From Candidatus Enterousia sp. (GTDB lineage: Bacteria > Pseudomonadota > Alphaproteobacteria > Rs-D84), in contig JAZSDC010000022.1 in NCBI GenBank assembly GCA_045530935.1, positions 1-58,592 of the forward strand: a DNA stretch of 58,592 nucleotides, written 5' to 3'. Shown here one piece after another: positions 7,368 through 17,018 of this stretch. A program made the position numbers and the translations under genes. The stretch's first letter is position 1. Each line of letters opens with the position of its first letter. The notes under the pieces are model-generated. The model was not told the DNA's origin and made no database searches. It saw only the letters and a program-made list of their open reading frames with translations.

Positions 7368-8988
7368 AGTTGGAAAGGATATTTTTAGTCGGGGATTTAC
7401 TGGAATCCAAGGCGGTGATGCCGGACGCAAACCAATGAAAACAGTTTATTGGTGGATTCGGGCGGTCTTTATCGTGTTTATTGCAGTGACTTTGACGTAT
7501 GGAATCAGTGGAACTGATAAAACACGGCGGGGGGTCGCAAATGGGCAGTGGATGGTGAAACGTGCCGATATTGTGGATAGAAATGGTGATGTGCTGGCTA
7601 AAAATGTGATGTCGGGGCATATAACGTTGCGTAATCGTGATGTGACCGACAAGGAAGCCGTTGCAAATATGATTCATCAGGTGTTGCCGTATGATTATTC
7701 GCTGCAAGATGCATTGAATCTGGTGAATTCTGGCAGAAGATTTATTTATCTGAAAAAATATGTCAGTGATAATCAGCGAGATATGATTAAAAAAGCACGG
7801 TTGCGGGGGTTGGAAATCGAATCGGTGCAGGATAGAAAATATCCAAAGGGACGGTCTTTTTCGCATGCGGTTGGTTTTGTCGGAAATGAAGGGCATGGAC
7901 TGGAAGGGGCAGAACGGGCCTTTGATGATTATTTGACAGAAAATGCAGATCCGTTGCAGTTGTCACTGGACGCACGTATTCAGGCGGTGTTCTATGAGCA
8001 GTTGTCAATCGCAATGCAAAAGTATCAGGCCAAGTCCGCCATGGGTATGATGATGAACAGCAGAACCGGCGAAATTGTCGCAATGGTGTCGTTGCCGGAC
8101 TATGACCCAGAAAATCTAAACCTGGATCCGGTTGCAAATCGTATGTTCAAACCAATGCGTGCCGTTTATGAGCCGGGGTCTATATTTAAGATATTTAATA
8201 CTGCGTTGGCGTTGGAAAACGGTATAGATGTCAATCATCAATACTATATCAAAGAACCGTTCAAGGTCAGGTTGAAAAATGGCAAGGCCGTCAAGACCGT
8301 GCGTGACCATCCTTCGTTTAAACCGCCAAGACCAAATTTGACAGTCGAAGAAATTATGGTGCATTCGTGCAATGTTGGCAGTGCACAAATCGCAATGGAT
8401 TTGCCAGATGATGCACAAAAAGAATTCTTTGAAAGATTACATTTTGATGATGCGCTGGAATTAGAATTTGGTAAAACAGGGCGGTCGCTGATGCCACCAA
8501 AGTGGGGACCAGTGGAACGGGCAACGTTGTCATATGGACACGGTATGTCGGTGACGCCGATGCACCTGATGCTGGCGGTGAATGCGGTGACAAATGGTGG
8601 ATTCTATATCTATCCTACGTTGAAAAAACGTGGTTTGGGCAAGGTGCGTGGAGAACGGGTGCTGGATCCAGAAATTTCTGCAAAAATCCGTGATATTATG
8701 GTGCGGGTCAGCGAAGAGACCAGTGGTAAAGGGGCACGGGTTGTTGGTGTGCAAATTGGGGGTAAGACCGCAACGGCAGAAAAATATACTAATGGCAAGG
8801 TTGACAGCAAACGTAATGTGACCGCATATGTGTCTATATTCCCGGCAAATGCACCGCAATATATTACGCTGGTTGTGATGGACGAACCACAGCCAGAAAA
8901 GGGAAAATACTGGAAAACTGCTGCGTGGAATTCCGTGCCGACAACGGGAAAAATTCTTGATCGCATACTGCCGTTGCTATTTGAATAA
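7360..8988 (+). CDS. ftsI: peptidoglycan D,D-transpeptidase (class B PBP, FtsI-like)
   Basis: SxxK (GSIFK), SxN (HSCN), and a KTG-box read as GGKTATA. Has a TM anchor. Alternative start at 7435 (MKTVYWW). Confidence 0.85.
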   Translation: MIKVGKDIFSRGFTGIQGGDAGRKPMKTVYWWIRAVFIVFIAVTLTYGISGTDKTRRGVANGQWMVKRADIVDRNGDVLAKNVMSGHITLRNRDVTDKEAVANMIHQVLPYDYSLQDALNLVNSGRRFIYLKKYVSDNQRDMIKKARLRGLEIESVQDRKYPKGRSFSHAVGFVGNEGHGLEGAERAFDDYLTENADPLQLSLDARIQAVFYEQLSIAMQKYQAKSAMGMMMNSRTGEIVAMVSLPDYDPENLNLDPVANRMFKPMRAVYEPGSIFKIFNTALALENGIDVNHQYYIKEPFKVRLKNGKAVKTVRDHPSFKPPRPNLTVEEIMVHSCNVGSAQIAMDLPDDAQKEFFERLHFDDALELEFGKTGRSLMPPKWGPVERATLSYGHGMSVTPMHLMLAVNAVTNGGFYIYPTLKKRGLGKVRGERVLDPEISAKIRDIMVRVSEETSGKGARVVGVQIGGKTATAEKYTNGKVDSKRNVTAYVSIFPANAPQYITLVVMDEPQPEKGKYWKTAAWNSVPTTGKILDRILPLLFE

Positions 8989-9031
8989 TTTTCGATTATA
9001 ATGCTCTTGATAATAAAAAAAAGAGTAAAGT

Positions 9032-10765
9032 GTGAGAAAGATAGTGGAAAAATCCATGTTGGGGAAAGCATGGGTGATGGAAAATGATGTTTTTGATGGT
9101 AGTGGGGATTTAGTAAAAAATATTTTGTGTGGCCGTGGAATCGAAAGTGATGCAGATATAAAATTGTTCTTGAACCCCAGTATAAAGGATTATATGCCTG
9201 ACCCTTTTGTGTTGAATGATATGGGGGTGGCTGTTGATATAATTGCCGATGCTGTACAGAATGGTGAAAAAATAGCAATATATGGCGATTACGATGTTGA
9301 TGGTATCACTTCAACTGCAATATTTGTTAAGTTCCTGCGTGCAGTTGGTGCAGATGTTGTTTGGCATTTGCCAACACGCGAAGGTGAAGGATATGGTTTA
9401 AATAATCAGGCGATTGATGAAATTGCAGCCCAGGGGGGGCGGTTGCTGGTTACTGTTGATTGTGGAATATCTGGGGTTGAAGAAGTTGAATATGCGCATA
9501 AATGTGGTTTAAAGGTTGTTGTAACAGATCATCACTCGCCAGATAGTGTTTTGCCATGTGCGGATGCAATCGTTAACCCAAAATGTGATGCTGATACGTC
9601 AGGATTGACTTATTTGGCGGGTGTTGGTGTTGCTTTTTTGACGTTGGTGGCTTTGAACCGCGAATTAAAAAAACGTGGTTTGGGGTTGGATAATTCAGAA
9701 TTGATGAACAGTATGGACCTGGTCGCATTGGGGACGATTTGTGATACGATGCCATTGGTTGGTTTGAATCGCGCGTTTGTTGCAACTGGGTTAAAAGTTT
9801 TGGGATTGCAGAAAAATTTGGGGTTGCGCGTATTGATGGATGTTGCGGGGATAAAAAAACCATCGGTGTATGCGGCTGGTTTTGCATTGGGCCCACGCTT
9901 AAACGCAGCGGGAAGATTGGATTCTGCAGGGCCTGCATTGGATTTGTTGTTGACAGATAATCCATTGATTGCGCATGATTTGGCAGATAAATTGCACAAA
10001 ATGAATCAAGAGCGTATTGATATACAAAATGCGATTATGTTGCGTGCGTGCGAAATGGCAGAAAAATGCTGTGCGTCAGGTAAATGCAGTTTGTTCGTTT
10101 GTGGCGATAATTGGCATGGTGGTGTAATGGGAATTATCGCAGGGCGCTTGAAGGATAAATATAATTTACCTTCGTGTGTGGCGACACGCAGCGATGGAAT
10201 GGTTAATGGGTCTGGGCGCTCAATCGCAGGAATTGATTTAGGTAAAATTATTCATGATGCATTGGCGTTGGGATTGGTTAGTGAAGGTGGCGGACATGCG
10301 GCAGCGGCTGGTTTCTCGCTGCCAGTTGAAAACGAAGATGCATTTTGCAAGTTTTTAGAAAACGCAGTGAACGAGCAATTAAATGGTACTCGCCCCAGTC
10401 CAGAAGTTATGGTTGATGCAGAAATTGATGCAGGGGGCGCAAATATGCGATTGGTAAAACAGTTGTCTGCATTAGAACCTTTTGGCCAGGGAAACCCAGA
10501 GCCGGTGTTGGTATTGCGTGGTGGGCAATTGCGGCATGCGTCAATTATGGGAACAGGTGGGGCGCATTTGCGTGGGACATTGGCGACCAGTGCAGGAACA
10601 CAATTGTCTTTTGTTGGTTTTAATTTAGTTGGAACGCCCGTTGGTGATTTTTTACTAGACGATGCGAATACAAATACTAAAATAATGATGCTGGGGCGAT
10701 TGAAACAGAATGAATATAATGGTCGGGTTAGTGCGCAGTTCTTCTTAGAAGATATTGCTATATAA
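9032..10765 (+). CDS. recJ: single-stranded-DNA-specific exonuclease RecJ
   Basis: GTG start. DHH motifs (IAIYGDYDVDGITS, VVVTDHH), DHHA1 GGGHAAAAG, and an OB-fold tail. Confidence 0.9.
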   Translation: MRKIVEKSMLGKAWVMENDVFDGSGDLVKNILCGRGIESDADIKLFLNPSIKDYMPDPFVLNDMGVAVDIIADAVQNGEKIAIYGDYDVDGITSTAIFVKFLRAVGADVVWHLPTREGEGYGLNNQAIDEIAAQGGRLLVTVDCGISGVEEVEYAHKCGLKVVVTDHHSPDSVLPCADAIVNPKCDADTSGLTYLAGVGVAFLTLVALNRELKKRGLGLDNSELMNSMDLVALGTICDTMPLVGLNRAFVATGLKVLGLQKNLGLRVLMDVAGIKKPSVYAAGFALGPRLNAAGRLDSAGPALDLLLTDNPLIAHDLADKLHKMNQERIDIQNAIMLRACEMAEKCCASGKCSLFVCGDNWHGGVMGIIAGRLKDKYNLPSCVATRSDGMVNGSGRSIAGIDLGKIIHDALALGLVSEGGGHAAAAGFSLPVENEDAFCKFLENAVNEQLNGTRPSPEVMVDAEIDAGGANMRLVKQLSALEPFGQGNPEPVLVLRGGQLRHASIMGTGGAHLRGTLATSAGTQLSFVGFNLVGTPVGDFLLDDANTNTKIMMLGRLKQNEYNGRVSAQFFLEDIAI

Positions 10766-10777
10766 AAATGGTTTGGT

Positions 10778-11728
10778 ATGGAACAGAAGATACAAGAATT
10801 TTTTGAACGTTTAGAAAATGCAAAATCTGTCGCGATTATGGGACATAAAAACCCTGATGGCGATTCGTTATGCAGCATATTGGCATTGGCGCATTTGATA
10901 GAGGATGCGTACGGTATAACACCTGTGTGTACGTATGATGGAAATATTCCTGATGCGCTGGATTACGTGCCAATGCGTTCTCGTATAAAATATTTTGAAC
11001 GTGTCGATACGCAGATGCAGTATGATTTGGCAATTGTTATGGATTATGGAAATCCAGCATTGATTGGTGGACCGCGCCCAATTGTTGATAATGCTAAATT
11101 CGTAGTTGAAATAGATCATCATAAAAATGATAACCATATTGGTACGTTGTGTATAAATGATGAAAATGCCCCAGCGACAGCAGTGATTGTGTATAAAATA
11201 ATGCGGCAGGGTGGGCTGTATATGGATTCGCGTACGGCGGATTTGTTGGCGTTGGGTATTTTGACAGATACGGGTAACTTTAAATTTGTACGTAATGGTG
11301 AAGTTTTGCGTATTATGGCGGATTTGGTTGATTCGGGGGTTAATATTCGTGAATTGATTGAATTGATGCAAAATAAACCACGCAAGGCAGTTCAATTGGA
11401 AGCGCGCACAACAGCGAATGCAGAATTTTTTTATCATGGGCGTTTGGCTTTGGCAACAATTCCTAAGAAGGATTATAAATACCTGGATGGACGTGGAGAG
11501 ATGGTGTTAAGTTTGTTGGGGCAAATCCAAGGGGTTGATTACGTTGTGTTATTAAAGGAACAAAAACCAGAACAGATTGGTGTTTCAATCCGCAGTCGCA
11601 GAAAACCAATCGACCATATTGCTGTGGCATTGGGTGGTGGCGGCCATGAAAGGGCGGCGGGTGCAATTATTAGGGATTCCTTGGAAAATGCGCGTGCACA
11701 GGTTTTGACCTTATTTAAGGAGGAGTAG
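10778..11728 (+). CDS. nrnA: DHH/DHHA1 phosphoesterase (NrnA-like oligoribonuclease/pAp phosphatase)
   Basis: GHKNPDGDSLCS, EIDHHKND and GGGGHERAAGA motifs. Confidence 0.8.
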   Translation: MEQKIQEFFERLENAKSVAIMGHKNPDGDSLCSILALAHLIEDAYGITPVCTYDGNIPDALDYVPMRSRIKYFERVDTQMQYDLAIVMDYGNPALIGGPRPIVDNAKFVVEIDHHKNDNHIGTLCINDENAPATAVIVYKIMRQGGLYMDSRTADLLALGILTDTGNFKFVRNGEVLRIMADLVDSGVNIRELIELMQNKPRKAVQLEARTTANAEFFYHGRLALATIPKKDYKYLDGRGEMVLSLLGQIQGVDYVVLLKEQKPEQIGVSIRSRRKPIDHIAVALGGGGHERAAGAIIRDSLENARAQVLTLFKEE

Positions 11729-11729
11729 A

Positions 11730-12344
11730 ATGAAAAGATTGTTAGCTGTATTATTATTTGGGTTGTTTTGTGTTACGGCAAATGCGGGTGTCGATAATAA
11801 TTTGGTGTCCAAAGCTGAAAAATATTTAAACTCAATTACCGGATTAAATGGTAAATTTGTTCAAACGGCAAATGGCAAGCAGCAGGAAGGAGATTTCTCT
11901 ATGTTGCGTCCAGGGCGCGTTCGTTTGGATTATGATAATATGCCTGTGCAGTTAATTTCTGATGGTCAAGATTTGTATTTCTTTGATAAGTCATTGGATC
12001 AAATTACAACCGTGCCGATTACCAGTACGCCTGCGGGGATTTTAGTGCGGAAAAATGTAGACCTAAGAAATGCCGATATAAATGTGGTTGAAACGATGGA
12101 TATGGATGATGCTTTTTCATTGAAGTTAAATTTACGTGGTCAAGAAGGGTTGGGGTATATGACAGTAGTTTTTGCAAATAATCCAGTTAAATTAAAGTCT
12201 TGGACAGTTGTTGATGCAACAGGCGCAACAACAGATGTTGCCTTTCATGGATTGAAAGAAAAAACAAAATTTGGAAAAGATTATTTCCAGATTCAACGCC
12301 ATAAAACTGTAAGTACCAGTGGTGGTGACAGCTATTATGATTAA
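11730..12344 (+). CDS. lolA: outer-membrane lipoprotein carrier LolA-like
   Basis: Signal peptide, then F.Q....G..QEG.F...PGRVRLDY.....L.SDG..LYFFD pattern. Strong SD aaggagg. Confidence 0.65.
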   Translation: MKRLLAVLLFGLFCVTANAGVDNNLVSKAEKYLNSITGLNGKFVQTANGKQQEGDFSMLRPGRVRLDYDNMPVQLISDGQDLYFFDKSLDQITTVPITSTPAGILVRKNVDLRNADINVVETMDMDDAFSLKLNLRGQEGLGYMTVVFANNPVKLKSWTVVDATGATTDVAFHGLKEKTKFGKDYFQIQRHKTVSTSGGDSYYD

Positions 12345-12349
12345 TAAAA

Positions 12350-12646
12350 ATGTTTGGAATTAGTTGGGGTGAATTTTTTGTAATTTTATTGGTTGGGGTT
12401 TTGATTATCCCAGTGCGCATGTGGCCAGAAGTGGCACGTTTTTTGGCGCGTGTGGTTAATATGGTTCGTCAGGCGATATGGAAAATTACAGATTTGTCAG
12501 AGGATGTTAAACGACAAATAGAATTAGAAAAACCAATTGATGAGTTGATTCAAGGTGCGACAAATGACGTCTTGGATTCTTTTTCAGATGTTGTTAAAAA
12601 AAATAAAAAAATCCCTAAAACAGTGCGTAAAGGACGTAAAAAATGA
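12350..12646 (+). CDS. tatB: twin-arginine translocase subunit TatB
   Basis: MFGISWGEFFVILLVGVLIIPVRMWPEVAR signature. Directly upstream of tatC. Confidence 0.8.
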   Translation: MFGISWGEFFVILLVGVLIIPVRMWPEVARFLARVVNMVRQAIWKITDLSEDVKRQIELEKPIDELIQGATNDVLDSFSDVVKKNKKIPKTVRKGRKK

Positions 12647-13350
12647 AAAATATGACACTGGTACAGCATTTTTCAGAATTGCGTCGTCGTATCTTATGGG
12701 TGGCGCTTGTTTTTATCGTTACTTTTGTTTTGGGATGGTATGTTGCCCCAATATTGCAAGAATTTTTAACCGCGCCATTGTTATCGGCGTGGGATGATGG
12801 GACGTTGTTATATACAAGTTTATCTGATGGTTTGATGATTCATTTTTCTATGGCGACATTGTTTGCGTTGATTATTATTTTGCCCGTGGCGTTGTGGCAT
12901 GCGTGGGCCTTTGTTTCGCCGGGGTTGAAAAAAAATGAACGTAGAATAATATGGCCAATGTTGATTGCGTCGCCTGTATTATTCGTTCTTGGGGCAATGT
13001 TTGCTTTTTATTTTTTATTTCCTGTTGTCTTCAGTTTTTTTATAGAACTAAATAAATCATCCCCTGTGCCCAGTATGTTGTTGCCTGTGGCACGTGATTA
13101 TTTAGGATTTGCGATTGGATTAATGAAAACGTTTGGGGTCGCATTTCAATTGCCTTTGTTGCTGGTTTTGTTGAATCGAATCGGGGTTTTAAGTCGTGTG
13201 TATGTAAAGAAAATACGTAGGTATGCAGTTGTTTTAATCATTATTGTTGCAGCGATTTTAACACCGCCAGATGTGGTTTCGCAGATTATGCTGGCACTGC
13301 CAATGTGGGCACTGTTTGAGATTGGTATTTTATTTATGCGTCGTGATTGA
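12643..13350 (+). CDS. tatC: twin-arginine translocase subunit TatC
   Basis: HFSELRRRILW start, six hydrophobic segments, AAILTPPDVVSQ motif. Confidence 0.9.
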   Translation: MKNMTLVQHFSELRRRILWVALVFIVTFVLGWYVAPILQEFLTAPLLSAWDDGTLLYTSLSDGLMIHFSMATLFALIIILPVALWHAWAFVSPGLKKNERRIIWPMLIASPVLFVLGAMFAFYFLFPVVFSFFIELNKSSPVPSMLLPVARDYLGFAIGLMKTFGVAFQLPLLLVLLNRIGVLSRVYVKKIRRYAVVLIIIVAAILTPPDVVSQIMLALPMWALFEIGILFMRRD

Positions 13351-13370
13351 TTTTGTGCTATAATAGTTGT

Positions 13371-14597
13371 GTGAAAAAAATCATTTGGATTTTTGCTGCG
13401 GTTCTTTTTACGCAAACTGCGTGTGATTTGCAACCGAAAATTCAATCGTTGCCAGATTCTGTTGGTGACTTTATTTCAGCGCGATATCCTGCATTATTGG
13501 CAGACCCAAATGTTAATCCAGATATTTATAATTCTGCAGCGACAGACTATGGCGTGTACGCATCTGCAGAATTATATGGCCAGGATGAAACAAATGATTA
13601 TGTGATGTATGCGTCAGTTGATGATTATGTTGTGCCAATCCAGACGGCGGAATATGGAACGCCACCAGTGATGCATGATGTGCAAAAAACGTATAAAGTA
13701 TCAGAAGATGATGTCTTAATTGTGCCAATATACAAGAAATCAGAGAAGAATATAGCGGCACAATCCGTAGAGGAATATGGTGATGTTTTGACGGTAGATA
13801 GACCAAATTCAGGGGTTAGGGCAGTTGCGCGTGTTGGCTTGAAAGATATACGTGTTTCTGTGGGCGACACGTTGTATTCTTTATCAAGAAAGTATTCTGT
13901 GCCAGTAAATGATTTGGCGGTTATAAATAATTTGCGCCCGCCATTTAATTTGACTGTTGGACAAAAGTTACGTGTTCCAAATCTTGAGGAAGTTATGACG
14001 AAACAAAGTAAGGATGTTGTAATTGATAAAGTGCAAAAATCGCAGAAATCAAGCGTAGAGAAAGAAATTAATGTTGCAAAAAAAACAGATGTTTCTGTCC
14101 CTGTGATAAAAGAAAAACAAGATGTAAATGTTAAAACTGAAACAAAAAAAACAGTGAAAGCAGAAAAGAAAATTTCATCTAATCCAAATAAAAAATTGCC
14201 TAAGATTATGGCGCGTTCTTCATCTAAATTTTCCTGGCCGTTGCATGGCAAGGTGTTGTCAAACTATGGTGCAAAGACAAATGGTTTGTTTAATGATGGA
14301 ATAAATATCGCAGCGGCACGTGGCAGTACTGTTGCAGCGGCAGAAAATGGCGTGGTCGCTTATGCAGGTAATGAAATCAAGGGAATGGGAAATCTGGTTA
14401 TTATCCAGCATTCAGATGGTTGGATGACGGTTTATGCACATATGGATTCAATGAGTGTGCGTCGTGGCAGTCGTGTGACTGTCGGTCAAAAAATTGGTTC
14501 CGTAGGTCAAACAGGTAAAGTAGATAGACCACAATTGCATTTTGAAATACGCAAAGGAACAAAGGCATATAATCCTATGTCGTATCTAAAAAAATAA
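13371..14597 (+). CDS. LysM + M23 peptidase (NlpD-like)
   Basis: LysM motif (VSVGDTLYSLSRKYSVPVNDLAVINNL...GQKLRVP). M23 motifs (GINIAA..G..V.AA.NGVV.YAG, IIQHSDGWMTVYAHM, LHFEIRKG). Start is either GTG 13371 (VKKIIWIFAAVLF signal-like) or TTG 13347. Confidence 0.85.
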   Translation: MKKIIWIFAAVLFTQTACDLQPKIQSLPDSVGDFISARYPALLADPNVNPDIYNSAATDYGVYASAELYGQDETNDYVMYASVDDYVVPIQTAEYGTPPVMHDVQKTYKVSEDDVLIVPIYKKSEKNIAAQSVEEYGDVLTVDRPNSGVRAVARVGLKDIRVSVGDTLYSLSRKYSVPVNDLAVINNLRPPFNLTVGQKLRVPNLEEVMTKQSKDVVIDKVQKSQKSSVEKEINVAKKTDVSVPVIKEKQDVNVKTETKKTVKAEKKISSNPNKKLPKIMARSSSKFSWPLHGKVLSNYGAKTNGLFNDGINIAAARGSTVAAAENGVVAYAGNEIKGMGNLVIIQHSDGWMTVYAHMDSMSVRRGSRVTVGQKIGSVGQTGKVDRPQLHFEIRKGTKAYNPMSYLKK

Positions 14598-14700
14598 CAT
14601 GTGATTTTAGGATTGTAAATCTGGTGTATATGAATATTGTCAAATCATAATTTTTCACGTTTTGTGTTAGTCTTGTATCGTAGATATAGGGGGTGCAATC

Positions 14701-15912
14701 GTGAAAAGATTAATTTTTATTTTATGTGTTTTTTTAGTTGTCTTTTGTATTGTTTGGTTGGTTGCCTATATGCGCAAATCGCCATTGGTTGCAAATGTTG
14801 GATACCAGGCATCAAATCGAGATGGAAGAATTACAATATATGATATTTCTGATTTAGAGACTGCTGTATCTGAAATTATCCCACAAGGTGGTTTTGATTA
14901 TATTCGTGGTGGTGCAGGAACAGAAGTGACGATGAATAGAAATGTTGCTGCCTTTGATGATGTTTATATTATTCCACGTGTGTTGACAGGTGTTGTAGAG
15001 CCAAACTTATCTGTTTCTATTTTGGGTGAAAGAATTTCGTTGCCTGTTATCGCTGCGCCGGCGGCGGCACATGGGTTGGCGCATGTCAGCGCCGAAGCGG
15101 GTACTGCACGCGGTGTGGCAGACGTGGGCACTATTATGTGTGTCAGTAATTATGCAAGTTCTTCGTTGGAAGACATTGCCCAGGCGGGGCGTGGTGCGCC
15201 ACAGTGGTTTCAGTTGTATTTAAGCAAGGATGATAATTTTAATCGTCAAATTATTAAAAAAGTGGAAGATTTGGGTTATAAAGCAATTGTTTTAACCGTT
15301 GACGCGCCTGTGGGGGGAAATCGTGTAGCTGATTTACGTAATAATTTTAAGTTTCCATTGGAATTGCCAAATGTCGCAAAGAAAACAGTGAAGACAAAAG
15401 GACAGGGAATAAATAAAATATTTTCATCCGCAAAAAATTATTTGGTTACATATGATGTAATGTGGGTAAAATCAGTGACCAAGTTACCAGTGATTGTAAA
15501 GGGAATTCAACATCCTGATGATGCAGAGAAGGCTATCCTGGCGGGGGCAGATGCGGTATGGGTTTCTAATCATGGGGGAAGGCAACTGGATGGCGCGCCG
15601 GCGGCGTTCGAAGTGTTGCCAGAAATAGCGATGCGCGTGAATAAACGGGTTCCAATAATTTTTGATAGTGGTATTCGTCGTGGACAACACGTGTTCAAGG
15701 CAATTGCTAGTGGTGCAGATATTGTTGCAATCGGGCGACCTGTTATTTATGGCCTGGCGTTAGGGGGGTGGCGCGGTGTTGTGGATGTCTTTGATTGGCT
15801 AAAACAAGATTTGGAGCGTGTTATGGTTTTAGCAGGTGCACATGATGTTGAGGATATAAAAAATATGAAGTTGCACAGTGGATGTGTATGTGATGGGGAA
15901 AGTGAATTATAA
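14701..15912 (+). CDS. lctO: FMN-dependent alpha-hydroxy acid oxidase/dehydrogenase (L-lactate oxidase-like) with hydrophobic N-terminus
   Basis: AAPAAAHGLAHVSAEAGTARGVADVGTIMCVS, WFQLYLSKDD, TVDAPVGGNR and VSNHGGRQLDG motifs. About 25 N-terminal residues are hydrophobic (VKRLIFILCVFLVVFCIVWLVAY). Confidence 0.8.
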   Translation: MKRLIFILCVFLVVFCIVWLVAYMRKSPLVANVGYQASNRDGRITIYDISDLETAVSEIIPQGGFDYIRGGAGTEVTMNRNVAAFDDVYIIPRVLTGVVEPNLSVSILGERISLPVIAAPAAAHGLAHVSAEAGTARGVADVGTIMCVSNYASSSLEDIAQAGRGAPQWFQLYLSKDDNFNRQIIKKVEDLGYKAIVLTVDAPVGGNRVADLRNNFKFPLELPNVAKKTVKTKGQGINKIFSSAKNYLVTYDVMWVKSVTKLPVIVKGIQHPDDAEKAILAGADAVWVSNHGGRQLDGAPAAFEVLPEIAMRVNKRVPIIFDSGIRRGQHVFKAIASGADIVAIGRPVIYGLALGGWRGVVDVFDWLKQDLERVMVLAGAHDVEDIKNMKLHSGCVCDGESEL

Positions 15913-15973
15913 AACTTGCATTTTTTAGAAAAACAGATATAATAAGCGCGCTGATAAGAATTAAAACGGTTCT

Positions 15974-16049
15974 GGATGCGTAGCTCAGTTGGTAGAGCAA
16001 CTGACTCTTAATCAGTGGGTCCAGGGTTCGAGTCCCTGCGCGTCCACCA
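15974..16049 (+). tRNA. tRNA-Lys (anticodon CUU)
   Basis: Cloverleaf read by eye: acceptor GGATGCG/CGCGTCC, D-arm TAGCTCAGTTGGTAGAGC, anticodon loop CTCTTAA, T-arm GGTTCGAGTCC, encoded CCA. Confidence 0.9.
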
Positions 16050-16056
16050 AAAATAA

Positions 16057-16086
16057 ACGGTCACGGATGTGGCCGTTTTGTTTTTG
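16057..16086 (+). terminator. rho-independent terminator after tRNA-Lys
   Basis: acggtcac / ggat / gtggccgt followed by ttttgttttt. Confidence 0.6.
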
Positions 16087-16233
16087 TGAATAATGTTTTT
16101 AACATAAGAAAAAAATCCCAGAAATAATGCGTATACATCAGGTATTCATACCTATATAATTTTTAAGTTTGTATTGATAGAATTGTAGTGTTGACATGAA
16201 GCATAAATCTTAAAAACACAAAAAGGAGAAAAA

Positions 16234-16848
16234 ATGAAAAAGTTAGCATTATCAACACTGGCTGTGCTGATGGCATGTCCTGCTTTTGCGGGTATAAATC
16301 ATCCAGATCAGGGTAGCAGTTGGCAAATGTGGGGCATGGACCCATATATTGGTTTAAGGGGTGGTATGAGCTATTCTAATTTAAACTATAAATATAATGG
16401 CAGCAAGGAATCAATGACCGATTTTATTTTTCAAGGGCGTGCTGCATTGGGTTTAGAAGTTTGTGACACTGTTCGTTCAGAAATTGAATGGTCTTATTTT
16501 GGTAAATTGTCTGACTCCGAGCGCTTTGGCAGTGCAGGAAGTGTTGATGTAGAAGCGAAAATGCAGACATTGTTGTGGAACAACTATATGGAATTTGGTG
16601 CATATAAAATTGTACGCCCATTCGTCGGTTTAGGTGCTGGTATTGCGATGACAGAAGTTAAGCGTCATGGCGATTTAGTGCCACGTCACAGCAAGGATGA
16701 AACGCGTTTCTCGGCGATGGGAACATTGGGTGTAACATTTGATATGGAACGCTTTGCGGTTGATTTGGCTGCACGTTATACATATGTTGATATTAATTCT
16801 GGATTACATAATTTTGGTGGTGATGTAGGTATCAGATTTATGTTCTAA
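16234..16848 (+). CDS. small outer-membrane beta-barrel protein (OmpW/opacity-porin-like)
   Basis: Signal peptide ..ACPAFA, alternating beta-strand pattern, C-terminal GIRFMF. Confidence 0.65.
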   Translation: MKKLALSTLAVLMACPAFAGINHPDQGSSWQMWGMDPYIGLRGGMSYSNLNYKYNGSKESMTDFIFQGRAALGLEVCDTVRSEIEWSYFGKLSDSERFGSAGSVDVEAKMQTLLWNNYMEFGAYKIVRPFVGLGAGIAMTEVKRHGDLVPRHSKDETRFSAMGTLGVTFDMERFAVDLAARYTYVDINSGLHNFGGDVGIRFMF

Positions 16849-16866
16849 GGCCCAAAGAGTGAAAAA

Positions 16867-16895
16867 AAGTGTCCACGGTTGTGGACACTTTTTTG
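16867..16895 (+). terminator. strong rho-independent terminator
   Basis: 10-bp stem aagtgtccac / ggtt / gtggacactt plus a T-run. Confidence 0.8.
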
Positions 16896-16924
16896 TTGAC
16901 CAAAATAATATAAAAAAATATAAT
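16896..16924 (+). promoter_or_regulatory. near-consensus sigma70 promoter (TTGACC-17-TATAAT)
   Basis: -35 at 16896..16901, exactly 17-nt spacer, -10 TATAAT at 16919..16924. Confidence 0.55.
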
Positions 16925-16930
16925 ATGGCG

Positions 16931-16997
16931 AATTTTTTAGGAATAAAAATAACAACGTGCAGTGCCAATAAGTCCAGTTGACGGCACTGTTTTTTTT
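16931..16997 (+). ncRNA. candidate short transcript (~65 nt) or attenuator leader ending in an intrinsic terminator
   Basis: The predicted TSS lies about 7 nt after the -10 element. Hairpin cagtgcc(16960..16966)/ggcactg(16983..16989) is followed by T8 (16990..16997) and lies 21 nt before the ATG at 17019. Confidence 0.35.
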
Positions 16998-17018
16998 GAA
17001 ATAAACAGGAGATAGAGT

